Shown: one piece after another, positions 1 through 15,583 of the stretch
Layout of the letters: the number at the start of each line of letters is the position of its first letter
Numbering within the stretch: position 1 is the first letter of the stretch
Origin: Catajapyx aquilonaris
Taxonomy: Eukaryota
Reading direction: 5' to 3'
NCBI GenBank assembly: GCA_000934665.2
Contig: KZ538178.1
Coordinates: forward strand, 1-64,000
Length of the DNA: 64,000 nt
Translations under genes and position numbers: made by a program
Notes under the pieces: generated by a model
The model's database searches: none
Seen by the model: only the letters and a program-made list of their open reading frames with translations
What the model was told of the DNA's origin: nothing

Positions 1-463
1 CTGAAACTGATATCTTAAAACGGAATATGCCAAAAAAATTCAAAAAATATGGGCGAATTTATTATGTAGTTTCCAAAATGAAGGCTAGTTCCCCATTATC
101 GTGGAGTGAATGGCAGGCCTGCTGCAGAGGCCAACTGACGATCCGCACCAGTGGATATATCTTCTGCTGGGGATGCACTTCATTCACTGCACTGATAAGC
201 CGGATGATCGCGCCACCATCATCAGCAACCCCGATCGGCATGTACCATTTCTTTTTCCTTCGCATTCCCATTCCCTTACGCGTCTAATTACACGGCTATC
301 ACGCGAGATATCTCTCATCCCATTACGACCAACCTGAAGGGCTATCTAATTGCATCGCCCTCTTCTCCCTATCATCTTCTCTCGTTAGACGACACTCTAT
401 CTCAATTCGGCTGCCAATTTTGTTATTTCGGACCGCATAAATTTGCCCAGCCTCTCTCTCCCT

Positions 464-496
<33 letters not shown>

Positions 497-3385
497 CAAA
501 GCCAAAAAAGGGGTTCGATCGTTGAATGGGGTCTTTTTATCCCCCCTGCAGAGCGACCATTTCCCAATCATTGAGAAACGTATATGATGGGCCATAACAT
601 GACAGGATTGGACCGAGCTGGCCACACTCGTTCAGACGGGAGTCGTTGCCGGTCTGTGTTCGCTGGCTATGCACACGTAAAGTCCTGTGCTGTGTCTGGT
701 TGTCGGTGCTGCCTTCCAGCAGCAGAGGGGGCTCTTCACTCTGCCGCCTAGTATTGACCCAGAATTGGGTCGTCGTCTCCTGCCTCCCTCCCCCCAATCC
801 TCCCAGCCAACTCCCTCCCCTTATACACCCTCCATCCCCCGGCCACCACTCGATATACTATAATAATGGCTTATATTCTGATGCCTGATCCAGCACAAGT
901 CGCGTAACAATAATTACATGCAATGGATTTCCAGCCATATGAGCCAGCCAGAGTTTACACTTTGCCAAGCACCGATTCCATGGAGACAGACCGGCCGGCC
1001 TTCACTCACTGGCATGCTCCTTTCCCAGGTTCGCTCTGCTTGCTTTGCTACCCACTCGCCTTGTTCTCTCCCTGGGTATATAGATATACGCGAATGTAAT
1101 GCTGGCCCCTATAATATCGTGCTGGAGAGGGAGAGAGGGAGAGGTATAGAGAGAGAGAATTCGTGGAAGGTCCGATGGAACAGCAGCTCTCATCAAATCT
1201 GGGCCTATATACTCTTGATGGTGCTTGTGGGCGAGGAAGGGCTTCTCAATAACAGCCTTTTCTTTCCCATGGCCTCTCCACAATAGCCCTCCCCCCCCTC
1301 CTCCCCCCCTGCATCCATGGCAACCTCACATCGTCAACCATTTGCGGAACACACGTCGCCTCTCTCTCCTTCTGCTGTGTATATGCTGCCTACAGCAGCG
1401 GCAGGGACACCCACCCACCCACCCACCCACGAGCTCAAATTCTATTCCGGGACATGTGCAGTATACCTTTGAGGACATTATTGCCCACCACCCCCCCCCC
1501 CCTTTCTCTCTCTCTCTCTCTCTCTCTTTCCTTCTTTGCTGCTGCCTGCAAACATTAGGCCAGTCTGACAGGCCAATATCTCCAATTGAGCTCTTTATGT
1601 AACGGGCTTGACATTGCATTTGTTAAAGTATAAGGGTGGAGAAAGAGCCGCATTCGCTTAAAGGACGCGAATTTCCAAGGTTAGCATATGCAGACTGGAG
1701 CAATTTCTTAAGAGCCGAGGTTCGGTTAAATGGCAGCAGTTGCTGCATCTATAATAGTTGCATCACTACATGTATAGTGGACGGGCATCGTGAATCTGGT
1801 TTTAAAGCTGCTGCCCAAGGCTGTAACCGCAGTTAACCACGTCTGTAGAGGGGCACTCGTTGCAAATTGTGCACTGCTGCAGGCATCGTCATTCATCGTT
1901 CGTCCTGAGCAGACAAGATGTCCTGTACTCAGTCACTGCTGATGCCATCGTGTCGACCTCTATATGGATTGTTATACGTGTATTTATAGAACATCGCTGG
2001 AGTCGGCGTAAAGAATGCTGATCACATATACGTATAATAATAGCCAGTCAGTCAGTCAGTCAGTCAGCCTGGGCTAGTCAATGCTGCGCGCCCCTCCCGG
2101 CAGATTAACACCTACTTATCTCCATATGCCCTCCATACACGCACACACGCGTCTATCTCTCTAGTGCATGCTCTAGTGAGGCGGTTTTTTTTGCCATACA
2201 TAGGAAACCCACCGAGTGCTCCATCGCACCCACACCCATTATATAAGGTCAAACTTTCGTTTTTCAAGTGAAAAAAATCCAGGAATGTTATTGGGTCACG
2301 CGGTCATGGGCCAAGTCAGGGCACATCTTTGGATAGTAGTTGTATAGGACATGCGAAGGCCGCATTATCTGAATGCGACCCACTCCGGATCACCCACCGA
2401 GGATGACACCAAGTTGGTCGAGACACCAGTTGTCACATGCCCTACATCTGACTGGACAAAAATTGTCCCTGGCAAAGCAACGCAACTCCGAGTCAAACCG
2501 AGCCCCCATATCGCCCTCGGTTATCGCGGTGGGCCAGGTGTAATTCCTAGCTATTGCCTTTACATATTTCACGTTCTGCAACACTACATTTAACTAGTCC
2601 ACCTGGGCATTTCATGCGTAGTACACGAATCCCTCGCTGTCGGCTTCATTAGCACCCAAACCCTCACCTTTCGAAAATGTCAATCAAATGTACACATACA
2701 GCCAGTCCAATTGTCCAGCAGTGAAGCTAGCAGTATAATTGCGTACTGTATACGTGGCTGTTCTATCAGTCGTTGAGGACTGTCATATTTTGACATTCTT
2801 CGAGGAGTCGAGCCCGTCTCATTACATAACCAAAATTTATACGAGTATAAAAAAGAGGACAGAGATGAATTTTTTTTTTTCCTCCTTCCAAAAACTCGCC
2901 CCCGAAACTTCCCTTTGAGAGAATGCATCGCCATCCATTTCTGGGCAACGTCATCATCTTGACGGAAGGAAAAGTCTTCCTTCGCTCCACAGCTGAATCC
3001 CTCCGAAACTTTTGATGACTTATGAATTATTAACTTATTGACGCTTCCATGCCCATACAGCCCCCCCCCCCTCTCTCCCAAAACTATTTCCATAACCTGG
3101 GGAGACGTCAGCGGAAACTTTACATGGCTGTGCTATACAGTGCTTCCAACCATTCGCGCTTAGTCTGGTCCAATTGGGATAAGTGTGTGCCAATAAGCAG
3201 CATCGAGTTCTCTCCTCCGAGTCCTCTCTCGGGACAACCCAGTCATTGACAGCTCGTTTATCTCGGCTTCATCCGTGCTGATGTAGGCGAATGAATGGAT
3301 TCTGGAAAGAGTCTGATCAACTGCCAGAGTTTCACTGCACTTGACAAGAATTAAAAGTCGCTTATACTTATTACAATATATTGAT

Positions 3386-3861
3386 AGGGTTTCTCGGAAA
3401 AACCCCACATGTCAAGCGACAACTGTTTTTCAGGAAAAACTGCCCATGCTGGGTCTTACCAAGAGCTAATAACTGGTCGTACTAATGGCCTTAGCCAGTC
3501 TGTTGTTTACTGCAGTGTGGATGACACACACCTGCTGCATTCAACTATGCAAATTAGACACTGCAATGGTATTAAAAATGATCGTAATCGGAATTTGAAA
3601 TTTGCGACATATTGGGTTTTTCAGGAGTTATCACAAAAGCTACCTTATTTTCATGGAAATATGTACGTATATTAGACATGTGGGGTTTTGTAGGACAATG
3701 TTGGAAGGAACTTATTTTTCCCATCAATATCTCCAACAACAGATTTTTTTTCAGAAATAGGAGAGAACCATTAGATATGGAGGGCTTCCGAAAGTGTGTA
3801 ACACTACCCTTAACTCATTTTGTCAAATTTGATGACATATGGGGTTTTCCCGAGAAACCCT
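3386..3861. mobile_element. Non-autonomous DNA transposon (MITE) with 29-bp terminal inverted repeats
   Basis: AGGGTTTCTCGGAAAAACCCCACATGTCA (3386-3414) matches the reverse complement of 3833-3861 at 27/29 positions. Degenerate internal copies of the motif occur at ~3606 and ~3676. No ORF. Confidence 0.7.
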
Positions 3862-6800
3862 TCAATTACCTACTGTGTACGTAGAGAATTCAACCAGTTG
3901 TCATTCAGTGCGGATGAGATTCGAATCATCTCAGGGTACGAATAGGTAGTACACTTATTGATGTTATTGCGTGCGTTACAGCAACTTTGGTATCAGTATA
4001 CATTTTACATAAAAATGATCGGTAAAGTGCATAATCACTGTTACATTTCTAGCAGCAAGGGCCCTTTCCAGCAAAGCAATTTACTCGTGTCGTACATCTA
4101 TCTCTCTCCATCTTCATACATCCAATGATATTATGTTATTGGACGTGAAAGCGTTACACTCATCGAAAGTCATGTCTGATGTTCCGCCGGGCCATTACTG
4201 TTATGTCGAGGTCCTAATTGCGATAGGTATAATTTGTCACTTGCTGTCATACGAGCAATGTTCCATTGTCAGTGGAATGAGCAAAACGCAGCTACAACAG
4301 TTATATTCCGGTGACAGGATGAGTAGCCTTGATTAACGTTGTTCCGCATTAATACGTACTACAGTACATAATATTGCAAATGCCATTCATTAGCCTGTTA
4401 TTGTTAATCAACATTCAAGTTGCCTTCTATACATTATTTTCATGTAGTGCATAACGTCGTGAATTCGATTTATACCAAGTCGAACACTGCCTTGTTACAT
4501 ACACGCGCAGTTTACACGTTGAAAACGAGTCCGTTGCGTGAAAAAAACACTTTACTATTCGAGTTAAGATTAAGACGCCCCTTATCGCTTGGTAACTGAT
4601 ACTCATCAGAAATAATAAGAGTTTGCCTGATGACACAAGGATGGGCGAGCCCATGGTATAATTCATTATTTTACCAAAGTATTTCCCATGCCTTCTGAAT
4701 GAGTAGAAGTCAAAGGTTGAGGCGGACAAGGAGCCTTAAATATTGTAATGCACGAATAATTCCGCCCTTCATTACTCTGCGAATAGTTTCATGCTGTAGG
4801 ATATCGAGAGAATCTATCCAGCTTCTACCTGCAATGATCATTGCTAAGACTAGTAAAACCAAGAACCCATGTGAATCGGTCGAAACGAAAGTGCTGGTGT
4901 ACGCACACTATGTTGCATCTCGTTAACTTTGGTCAAATTAATTGGCGCTGATTAGTAATCCAATTAATGCATAGTAATGAGTTTGAATCGGAAGGAGATA
5001 AACCTGCACCACGTGCTGCACTGTCTTGTCATTCCACGCCGATGATTCAGTTGGCAAGGAAACAAATTGTAAGCACTGATCAAGTAAGGGCCGGGGTTAT
5101 GCTGCAATGGGCATTAGTCTTGCTGACGTCACGCTTAATATTGCATTAAGTCTCTGAAAGATACCTAGCTAAATGTATTTATGCATGCACGCTCTTGGCA
5201 CCACGAATTGTTTAGTTAAATAATGACTGACGACTGCCGATAACCAACATGTATAGGAGTGCAGCACACTGAGTCTCTTCCTGGCCTTGCACTAATATTC
5301 ATGTAGTCTATAAGTAGCACTGTTTTACACGCTGTTTTGTCTGGTTGGAGGAGACGGTGGAAATGCGATGGAGCAGGGCACAAGGAACTTAATTCAGTTT
5401 CCTCCGAGGTTTTTAAATTATTCTTAAAGAATTCCTTCGGGCAGTTTTGTTCAGCGCCGAGGACGATGGTGTGTGCTGGGACGAAGACCCTGATGGGATT
5501 ATGAGGTTGGTTTGGGAAATCAGTTGCTGGGTTTGCGAACAGCCCGATTCATCCTTATTAACTATAGAAAATCTCTGTGCAAAGTGCATGGACGAATCAA
5601 TAGATTTATCCTTCCCTGCTGAGCCAGGTATTAAATAATCGTGGCAAAATCGACCTGATTGCACTGCGTGCGTGCTGCGGTTTTCACTATATAGTGTAGT
5701 ACGTTATAGGCTATATATGCCGAAGAAGACGAAAACAAATTTGAATGCTCGGAGCATTGCAGCATTTTAGAGATCGCATTGGGATCAAAATTTATATATC
5801 CCGAATACTGAATGCTGCCCTGGAACGTACCCCTTCCGGAATCCCCTCTTTACATGTATAATCTCCGGAATATAATTCTCCATGCATGTTATACTGGATG
5901 AAGGGTGCATTGTTCTCCTAACCGCAGAGAGAGAGCCTTGCTTTCTCTGCAGTCGGGGAAACATTGCGAATTTGCATCACATTTCGGTGGAATGCGTCTT
6001 TGAGGGTGGGGAAGGATTTAAGATGTTTTCTTCCCGCTCCATCCTGACTGAATTCACCGGGTGTTTTCTCAGTTCCCTCAAAACGGACTTTGCCGAGTAC
6101 TCCCTCTATAATTATTTCTCGCTGCCGGTTTCGTAAGCTACTGTATTATTTATATGTGAATTACTCTGACTCTGATAGGATAGTAGCCTTATGTGTGTTT
6201 ACATTGCGTTAGAAAGATTAGGCAAAGTGCTCGACACCCCCCTAGAGAGCTTGCTTTGGGGCATCGTGTGGTATTATAAATTAATAATCCGCGACTATTT
6301 TATAGACCTATTAGATGAGGTTCCGGGCTGTCATTTATCAATATTACTTTAGCAAAATAATATGTCCCCAGCTAAAAAAATATTTCCACTCGATAAGATC
6401 TGTAAGGTACTGTAAGTAAGGTTCACGAACTACATGTAAGCCAATATTGATTAATGTACAGTACCTCCGGATTGAAAAAGTTCTTGTCCGGATGAGTTAT
6501 AAACAAAACGAAATAGATCTAGATAGACGAAATAAAATGAACATTCTGGATTGTAACAGGCTGTAAAAGTCCAAGTGTGTGGTGCAGCGCACTGTAGTAC
6601 TTGGTTCACCTGTTGAGTGCTGCTCCGACATCCTGCTTCAATTGGCCGGACCCAGCAGCCTGGGGGATGCTGGAGAGAGGGAGCTGACAAAAAAAGAAAG
6701 AGCTAGGGACCAATAAGGACATCATGGACTGGGGTCAGGGATCCGCGTGGCCCTCCATCCCTTTATAGGACTGACTGGGGCTTGAACATTACATAACTCC

Positions 6801-9800
6801 GTGAGAGAGAGGGTGATGTTGGTTGAGCTTTATCTTTTATCCGAGGGATTGGAGAGCGACATTTGCCGAGCAGGACAGGTGATGGATGGTGCAGGTTGAG
6901 GAGCCCATCGGACCTGTGAAGCGGTAACTTTTAAAATACGTGTAAACTGATGGGATTGAGGCAACGAGCCAACTTCGAGTCGAGTTGATACGTAACCATT
7001 GAGGCTGCATGTACTACTCTTCATAATATGTGGAATAAGGCAAGCCCTTCCTTTGCTGCACACCTTTCATTGCATTCATTCCACCTGCTCATCATTATCC
7101 CTCCACAACCATCGCATCCCTCTCTCATTCTCCAGCAGGCTCTCTCCTTATTCTCTCTCTCTCTGGGTGCACGATCAGGCAACAACTTACTGTTGGTTGT
7201 ATCGACTTGGCCGAGCCACGAATTTAATCTTGGTTAGCTTAACTGGCGAGCTTACTGTTTAGTCGGGCTAATCCCACAGGCTTATGATGCGTGTGCTGCT
7301 GGGTGGTGGTGCGACATGTTTTGTGCTGCGCTGTATATACCCACGGTACAATGCACGGTGAGAATATCCAGAACCAAACACAAGCAGGCGGTGGTGGTGT
7401 GGTCAGCATGATGCAGGGGAAGGTGAGCAATTATTATCGGGGGTCTCCAAAGTGTCTTGGAAGAGAGAGAGAGAGAGAGCGCGGACTTTTGCATGGCGAT
7501 GATGATGATGATGGTGATGATGATGATGACAGGCACGGGAATGTCCGTCTGTCACCCACTCAGCGACCCCCTTCCAGGCCCGTTAGATCTGCTAATCTCA
7601 CCCACTGCCCTGCAAGGTGAGACCTTGGACCATGAATCTGATGTGGGGGTAGGTTAGGCGGGGGGGTTGTGATATGCGGAAGGGGGGAGTGGAGAGCAGC
7701 TGTGCGACGATCAAAAAAAGTGTCATCGTCCCCCATGATGCCAGATCTGGTCTCCTCTCTCTCTCTCTCTCCGTGTGTGTCAGGCCAACTAATTGTCAGT
7801 CCTCATGCCGGAAATAAACGCGGCCACGCAGCCAACAGGTCCCCTGCAGTAATATAGGCCAACTTGATCGTACATCTCACATACCCTAGCCACTTCACTG
7901 GATGGGTGTGCGCTGCTGTTCGTGATGCTTCAGCATTGGTTTATGATTTGCCCTATAATAATATTGCCAGCCTCCATGCTGGTGGTTTATGTGCACCTGC
8001 CCTCTCACGTGGCGCGATTGTGGCCATGAATAGTCGCGGAAGTGTAACATACGGCATCATCAGCACAAGGGAGGCACACGCATGATCCCCAGACACAGCA
8101 GGACGAGCAAAAGTGCTTGTCGCTTTCCAGGCGACCGCAGCCATTATGTGGCCACTCTATACGATATAGGGATTAAAATCACAAGTATAAGGAGAGGGGG
8201 GTTGGGCGAAGAGAATCAGTGTGGGCCGCTTTCCCCCGCCAACCCCTCCCACACTATCTCTTCTCTCCAGCAACAGATTTGACGTCAGTGAATTTCCACG
8301 CGTCATGTTTCATTTCGTTTCATTCGAGTTGGAGGTCGGCAAAAGCACCTTACACCAAATGTGATAAATGAATTTATACGATGGTCGCATCTAGTGCACA
8401 GCGTCCGAATCCTCTCTGCTATAGGTGTCAGGAGGTGGAGGTTTCGTCGTCCTGAAATCACATCACATGTGCACAGACTGTCGGTTTGCCTTCGGTGATT
8501 CACCTTGACGCACACATGCTATAGGAACTGATGACGACTGCTGATTGCTGCTGATCAATCTACCGGTACCACACCTCGCGACAAACGCTATACTCCATGC
8601 ATTACGATAATCGTGTTTTGAGGAAGGGCCGGTGAAAGGCGAGTCCGTATATACGCGTGCGGACAAAAGGCCTCCCCCCCCCCCCTCCCATCTAATCCAG
8701 ACAATGTCAACTACTCGACGGAGGAAACATATCGTATCGTGTCGTGCTGATACGTATAATACTCGTATGTTATCTGGGTTATTATCGGAAGGCACCTCTG
8801 CCTCACAGGTGATTGTCGCGTACGGCACTCTCAAAGCTAATCAGGCAATGCTTTCAGAGACACAAACTCGATTTCTGTCACATCTGCACGTCCTGGCCTG
8901 GGGGGGTAAAAATGCTTTCCGTGGACCATTATTACAAGAAATTTCATCATCCCCATTCTCTCCCCATCACCATCCCGTATAGTTGGTCCCCATTTCAAGG
9001 GGGATTCTCCTCCCACGGATCCCCAATTAACGAGATCATCGTTCCGTGGCACTAATCCCATTCACGAGACCTGAATACTCTGTGTATATATAATACTCCG
9101 CCGGGTATAAACCGCGTCAAATTCGCCAGCTTGGCAACTTTCGCACCTCCGAAATCTCCATTGCCTCGTTTACTGTGGTACCTACTCGGCATCTGACTCG
9201 ACATCCCTCCTGACGCTCCTCTGTAACGGACATTGGTCGGCGTATTTATTTAGCGCGGTGTCGATGCGGCTGCCGATCCTTCCCTGCCGCCGTGGCACTA
9301 GTGGCCCAACTGGGTTTAGGGCATGGAGTGTGTGTCACCGGCCGATGACCTCACTCGACCGCTCGGTATATATGGGTCACACACACTCCCTGCTCGATCG
9401 ACCTCTGAGGCTGGATCTATAATACCTTCGGGCAGCCTCTCTTGTGCCGGGGAGTGTGTCCGTGCATGCCATCTGTCATCCCGTGGTGCACAGGGGCATC
9501 GTCATGACGGACCAAGGCAAAAGAGGAGGAGGAGGAGGCAGCCTACAGTTGTAGAGAAGGTCCCTCTCCGCACCCTCCCTCCACCACTGCCTCCTCCTCC
9601 CCACACACACCACTTTCCGAATCAATACCGGCTTTTGCTGCTTGCACTCAGCTGTTGCCACACTTCCTCATTCTATTTGTGTCAAGAGAGCCCCACCACC
9701 CACCGCCGTCCACCCATATCTTTATAAGCGAATATTATTATAATGCCAATCCCCTGTCTGGCGGGCTCGGCTTTTTATTATTTTTATTATTGGATAGCCG

Positions 9801-10863
9801 CGATTGGTGTGGGCCCCCGATCAGAAGAGGCCGCGGCTTCCTCCTCCGTTCAAAGACAGGCAGTCAGCCAGACAAATCCAATGACAATCGATCTGCTCAG
9901 ACTCGGTTTAACTCCCAGCCCCTCTTAGTGCCTCCCCAACCACCACCACCCTCCTTCGGAATCAGACTTGTCACTTATCCTTTCCCTCCGAGCAATTCCA
10001 CTTTGCACTTTGTGACAACAACCCTTCCCTCCTTCCCTCCTTCCCTCCTTCCCTCCTTCCCCCCTCCTTCAGAAGTCTCTGACTCGATCACCACTCCCAG
10101 CAGTTTGATTTTGTCCCCCAATAGAGCCAACCTCTTACGCTACGTGAGTGTATACAGTTTGTTGCACTACAACAGCATCGTACCTGTTGACTCTATACTA
10201 TACACATGCACCCATTCATCCATTCATCCATTCATTCACATCCACCGGATTACACTGATACTTATCCCCTCACGACGTAAACTGCTGTATATACACAAAG
10301 AGATGTTTAATTAATCAAATGAAGAGACTTGGCTGAAGCGTAATTTGCAACGAATTTCACCTCATTGCGCAAAGAAATGGTTGCGAAACCATCTTTAGTG
10401 ACTAGAATCATGTAACTGTGGCAATTTGCGGTGTATAGACGTAAGACTTAAAATGATAGTGCTGCTGGATAAGACGAGGTCTGGCCGCCCGCTGCTGCTT
10501 GATGGGTGGGGGCATAGAGAGGGCCCAAGGTGAAAGTATAGTCGCCCAAAACAACTATCGATTTCCTTGTTACACGACTATTTTTAGACCTCCTCCTCCT
10601 CCTTTCTTCCGATATGTCAAAGCTAAGCCTATCTCCGTGCACTATTTATTACTCGCGTATGGAGTGTGTTGCGGATCGACGGATCCGGTTTGGTGGCCAT
10701 CCTCTCCAGTATACATAGAGGGGAACTAAATAATCCGACGAGCTGCACGCGAATCACTATGTCAGAATATAAGTTGTCATTGCTGAGCGTGTTGTGTGAC
10801 ATCTCTCTCTGCTGTCAAAATGCACGATTTGACTGACCCTACAGTACCCCCATTCTATAGCAG

Positions 10864-11917
<1,054 letters not shown>

Positions 11918-13190
11918 CCTAAACAACCTAGTCTCATCATCGTGTCTCGTGATTGCGTCAATATGCTGTGTCGACTCGTCAAATGATTGCTCTTAAAGAA
12001 AAAAAATAATAACGATTATAATAATTATACGCTGATTTATCTAAAAACAAGATGAAGAGAAATAACTAATTGATATAAGATGCCGCTCTGTATAATAACA
12101 CTGCTCCCTCAGTTTCACGATTGACCAAGAGAATTATTGTGGGCGAATTATGTGGGATTATTGTGGGAGAAGAGGAGGACCGTTGTCTCTGCGTGGTCCA
12201 GAGAGATGGTCAGCGGAGTTGGAAGAAGAAAAAAAAAAAGAGAGAGGAAAAATACGGATCTGCCAATGTTACTTGTATTGTCTCCTTTGTTTCGAACTGC
12301 GGAGGTTATTATTAGTATTGTTATTGGAGCCGCAACAATTATTACTGCCGGGGGTGGGGTGGGAGCATCGGCTGGTGGGCCATTTGCACACGTGCGCTGC
12401 TGCAACAGTTGGAGGGAAACAACGGCAACAATGAGAACAGAATAATCCTTGCTAATAATAATAATAATAATAATAATAATGCCAGTTGTTGGTTGCGTTC
12501 CAGTCAAATTATTGAGAATTGCTATGGAAGAGTCTGAAGGATTAGGCTTGTTGATCAGAAATATTTTTGGTTGCAGCGACGAGTGCTGGCAAATGAGTCG
12601 AGCTCTGATGAAGATGAGGAGGAGTTACTGAGAATCATAATATTAATTATTGGGAGTAATGATGATGATTGATGGGAAGCTGCGTGCAGAAAATGAGGAC
12701 GAGGGCAAAAAAAAAGAAACATATTATATTGCGAGCATTCAAACTGTTTATGTGTATAAAAATTAGCTTCTATCGTTTGCACCCCATATTGTATTGTTGA
12801 TAGGAAATCTGTAAGGATCTCATCCTTGTGGTTTTTGTGTGTAAGTTATGTAAGTATTGAGTCATCTATAAATAGTCGGATGTGTGCAATTGGTTGGAGG
12901 TGGAGAAGTCGAATGATGGGGGAGTGGGAAAAATGAAGTTTTTATTTTTCAAGGCCAGTTTATTTTATTACTAGGAGGTTCTATATGGCAGGGAAGATTT
13001 GAAGAAGAAGAAGAAGAAGAAAAAGGGGACAAGAGATGAATGAAATGAATGAAGGATTCATGAAATGTATAGGTTAGGTGTACATTCCGCTTGAGTGTCG
13101 TTGACCTGATGCCGACAGGTCCATAATAATAAACCACGAGAATAAGGAAAAAAAAGCGATCTTAATTTTGTCATTAAATAACATGGTTCT

Positions 13191-13191
<1 letters not shown>

Positions 13192-13251
<60 letters not shown>

Positions 13252-13270
13252 GGTTATTATTATTATTATT
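13192..13270. repeat. (TAT)n microsatellite
   Basis: Read directly; one interruption. Confidence 0.95.
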
Positions 13271-13578
13271 GCTGTAAATATTACTGTGGAGACGTGAAGA
13301 GCGACAACAATAATACTAATATTATGAATAAATTTGTACATGTAAAAAAAAGAGGGCTGCGAGAAGAGAGATCGAGATGAGGGGGCAACGATGTAAATTG
13401 AACAAGGAGGATTTTTTAAAAAAGAGAGAGAGTAACAAGTAGAGTCAGTTCCATGTGTGTATGTATCATACTGAATGCAAGTTGGATGTCGTTGTGCTGC
13501 GAAGTAAAATGATGGAGAATAAGACACCCGAGGGCTACACCTATTTCAAAAAATAATAGTAGAGAAAAAAAGAGTGTC

Positions 13579-13629
<51 letters not shown>
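13579..13629. repeat. (ATG)n microsatellite
   Basis: Read directly. Confidence 0.95.
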
Positions 13630-14159
13630 GGTGGCCTCTCTGCTCCCGTACCAATCCTTCTCATCCCGCAACAATGGGAAGAGGAGGAATAAAAAGGGAA
13701 GCAACTCAACCCCCACCACTCCCCATTCCTCTTCCCCCCCCCCCCTTTGATTGTTACGATGGTTGTACAGTAGCCGCAGGATGAGAAAATAATAGTCGAA
13801 GGTGGGGGGGGATGGATGGACTCTCTATCGCTGCTCTTGTCATCCATTATTACCTTTCTAGTAGTCACTATGCATATACGGAAGAGAGAAAAAAGAGATA
13901 ATAATAAACCCCACGGCCTTCTTTCCCTGCCTTTCGGTCTATACCATAAGCGGATGAATCATTAATAATAATAAATGGTGACGACACCAGGCCCGGCTTA
14001 GTTGACGACCCGCTGCCCTCGTTTCGACCTTTAGGCCTCTTCCCCCTGGACTCGCGAATTCAAAGCGAGCAGGATTGTTGTAACAATTTTCTACGATGTA
14101 ATGATATACGACCTTCTGTACTAACTCAACCAGCCGGCAAGCAGGGTTGCATCGAAATA

Positions 14160-14160
<1 letters not shown>

Positions 14161-14198
<38 letters not shown>
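14161..14198. repeat. (GATT)n microsatellite
   Basis: Read directly. Confidence 0.95.
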
Positions 14199-14199
<1 letters not shown>

Positions 14200-15583
14200 A
14201 TAACAACTCTGGGCAGCCGAGTCCCGCTGCCGATGATGCTTCACATTCCTTGCAATTAATTTCTCATCCTGCCCTNCCCTGCCCCCCCCCCCCTTGAAGA
14301 CATTGTTTTAAAAAAATTGGAACATAATGACAATGGAGAATGATGAAGATGGCCAACAATCGGCCAGGGAGACGGAGGGAATGACAGGGACGGCAACAAT
14401 GAGAGGGATAGGCCGGTTCAGTGTACATGCGATTGAAAATATTTAAGGAAATAATAATAATACTGTAATAATGATGCTAATAATCGTCCCGACTGAAGAT
14501 GTTGCAAACTTCATCCTATCCAAGGTCTTCTCGAATGGAAAAAGAGACGAGAAAGAAAGAAAGAAAGAAAGAAAAAGGAGTTAACTTGTCAGTGTTTTTG
14601 GAGGAGCTTTAAATCAGTGTATACCGTAACTACCCCCATCGTCCTGGCTACGCCCTCGTTGAAATGTTTCCAGTCACTTTATTTTTTTGAAATAAAAAAA
14701 TGCCCAATAAAAACATAATGGTAGTGTTCTGTGACGACCGTGAACAATGGCGCGTGCTGTATGTCCCTCTCCCTGCACTCTCTCTTTCACCTCCTCCTGA
14801 GACTGCACAAGAATGGGTATATATAGGCAGCATCATGGCCACCGCCAACAACAACAACAACAACGATTAATGACACATCGCTTCCGGAATATTTTTTTTT
14901 GCGGCGGGCAAGGAGAGAGAAAAAGCCGCAGTTCTGTGCCGACAGGGAGGCAATTAATTAACACGATGGAACCACGGATTATTGCGGTCCACACCTTGCA
15001 CTGTACAAGGACACATCATCATCAGCTGTGGTGGATATATACTATACAGAGAGCATTGTTCCGCACCACAGCACATGGTTCGAGTGGCAATAATAATTAC
15101 GCACACGGAGCAAGACTACTCGTTGGGGGAAATCCTTCTCGGCATCACCCCTCCGTAACACCGCTTTTTATTGCCTCTATTCTATTCCATCTTACACTCT
15201 GATAGGACTTGCTGGGTTGGTCCCAAGTTTACATACAGCTGGGACGATGTTGTTAGTGATTGGGGGGTAAATGGGCTACAATGATGATTGTGTTAGTTAG
15301 GTATACACTGCTGGCAGAGAACAATGCCACTTGGGGCCTCCACATATTTCGCCCGAGAGAACTCTGTAGAAGCTCATTTTTTGCACTTAAAATTTAGCTT
15401 CTGCAGTTCTGTTTCGGGAGGTGAAAGGTCACCAGACGCACTCCGCACTGAATGAAATTAATAGCCGACGGAGCTATACATTTGAACAGTGCTGGCCACG
15501 CGTGTAATTGCACAAACAAGCAGCATTCTCTACATATAGTTGCAACTGTTCAAGTGTTGCCGCATAGTGAGAGTCCAGTCGAT

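Noticed and set aside
5953..6132. Possible non-coding 5' exon of Rab3 (ctctgcag ... gtaagc)
   Set aside because: Splice-like sites only; nothing else ties it to Rab3 without transcript data.
1..10800. Many 60-220 aa ORFs upstream of Rab3
   Set aside because: Low-complexity or microsatellite-driven, with no recognisable domains and no consistent exon chain. Most likely Rab3 upstream or intronic DNA.
13168..13868. Poly-Tyr, poly-Ile, poly-Met and poly-His ORFs
   Set aside because: These are translations of (TAT)n and (ATG)n microsatellites in the probable 3' region of Rab3.
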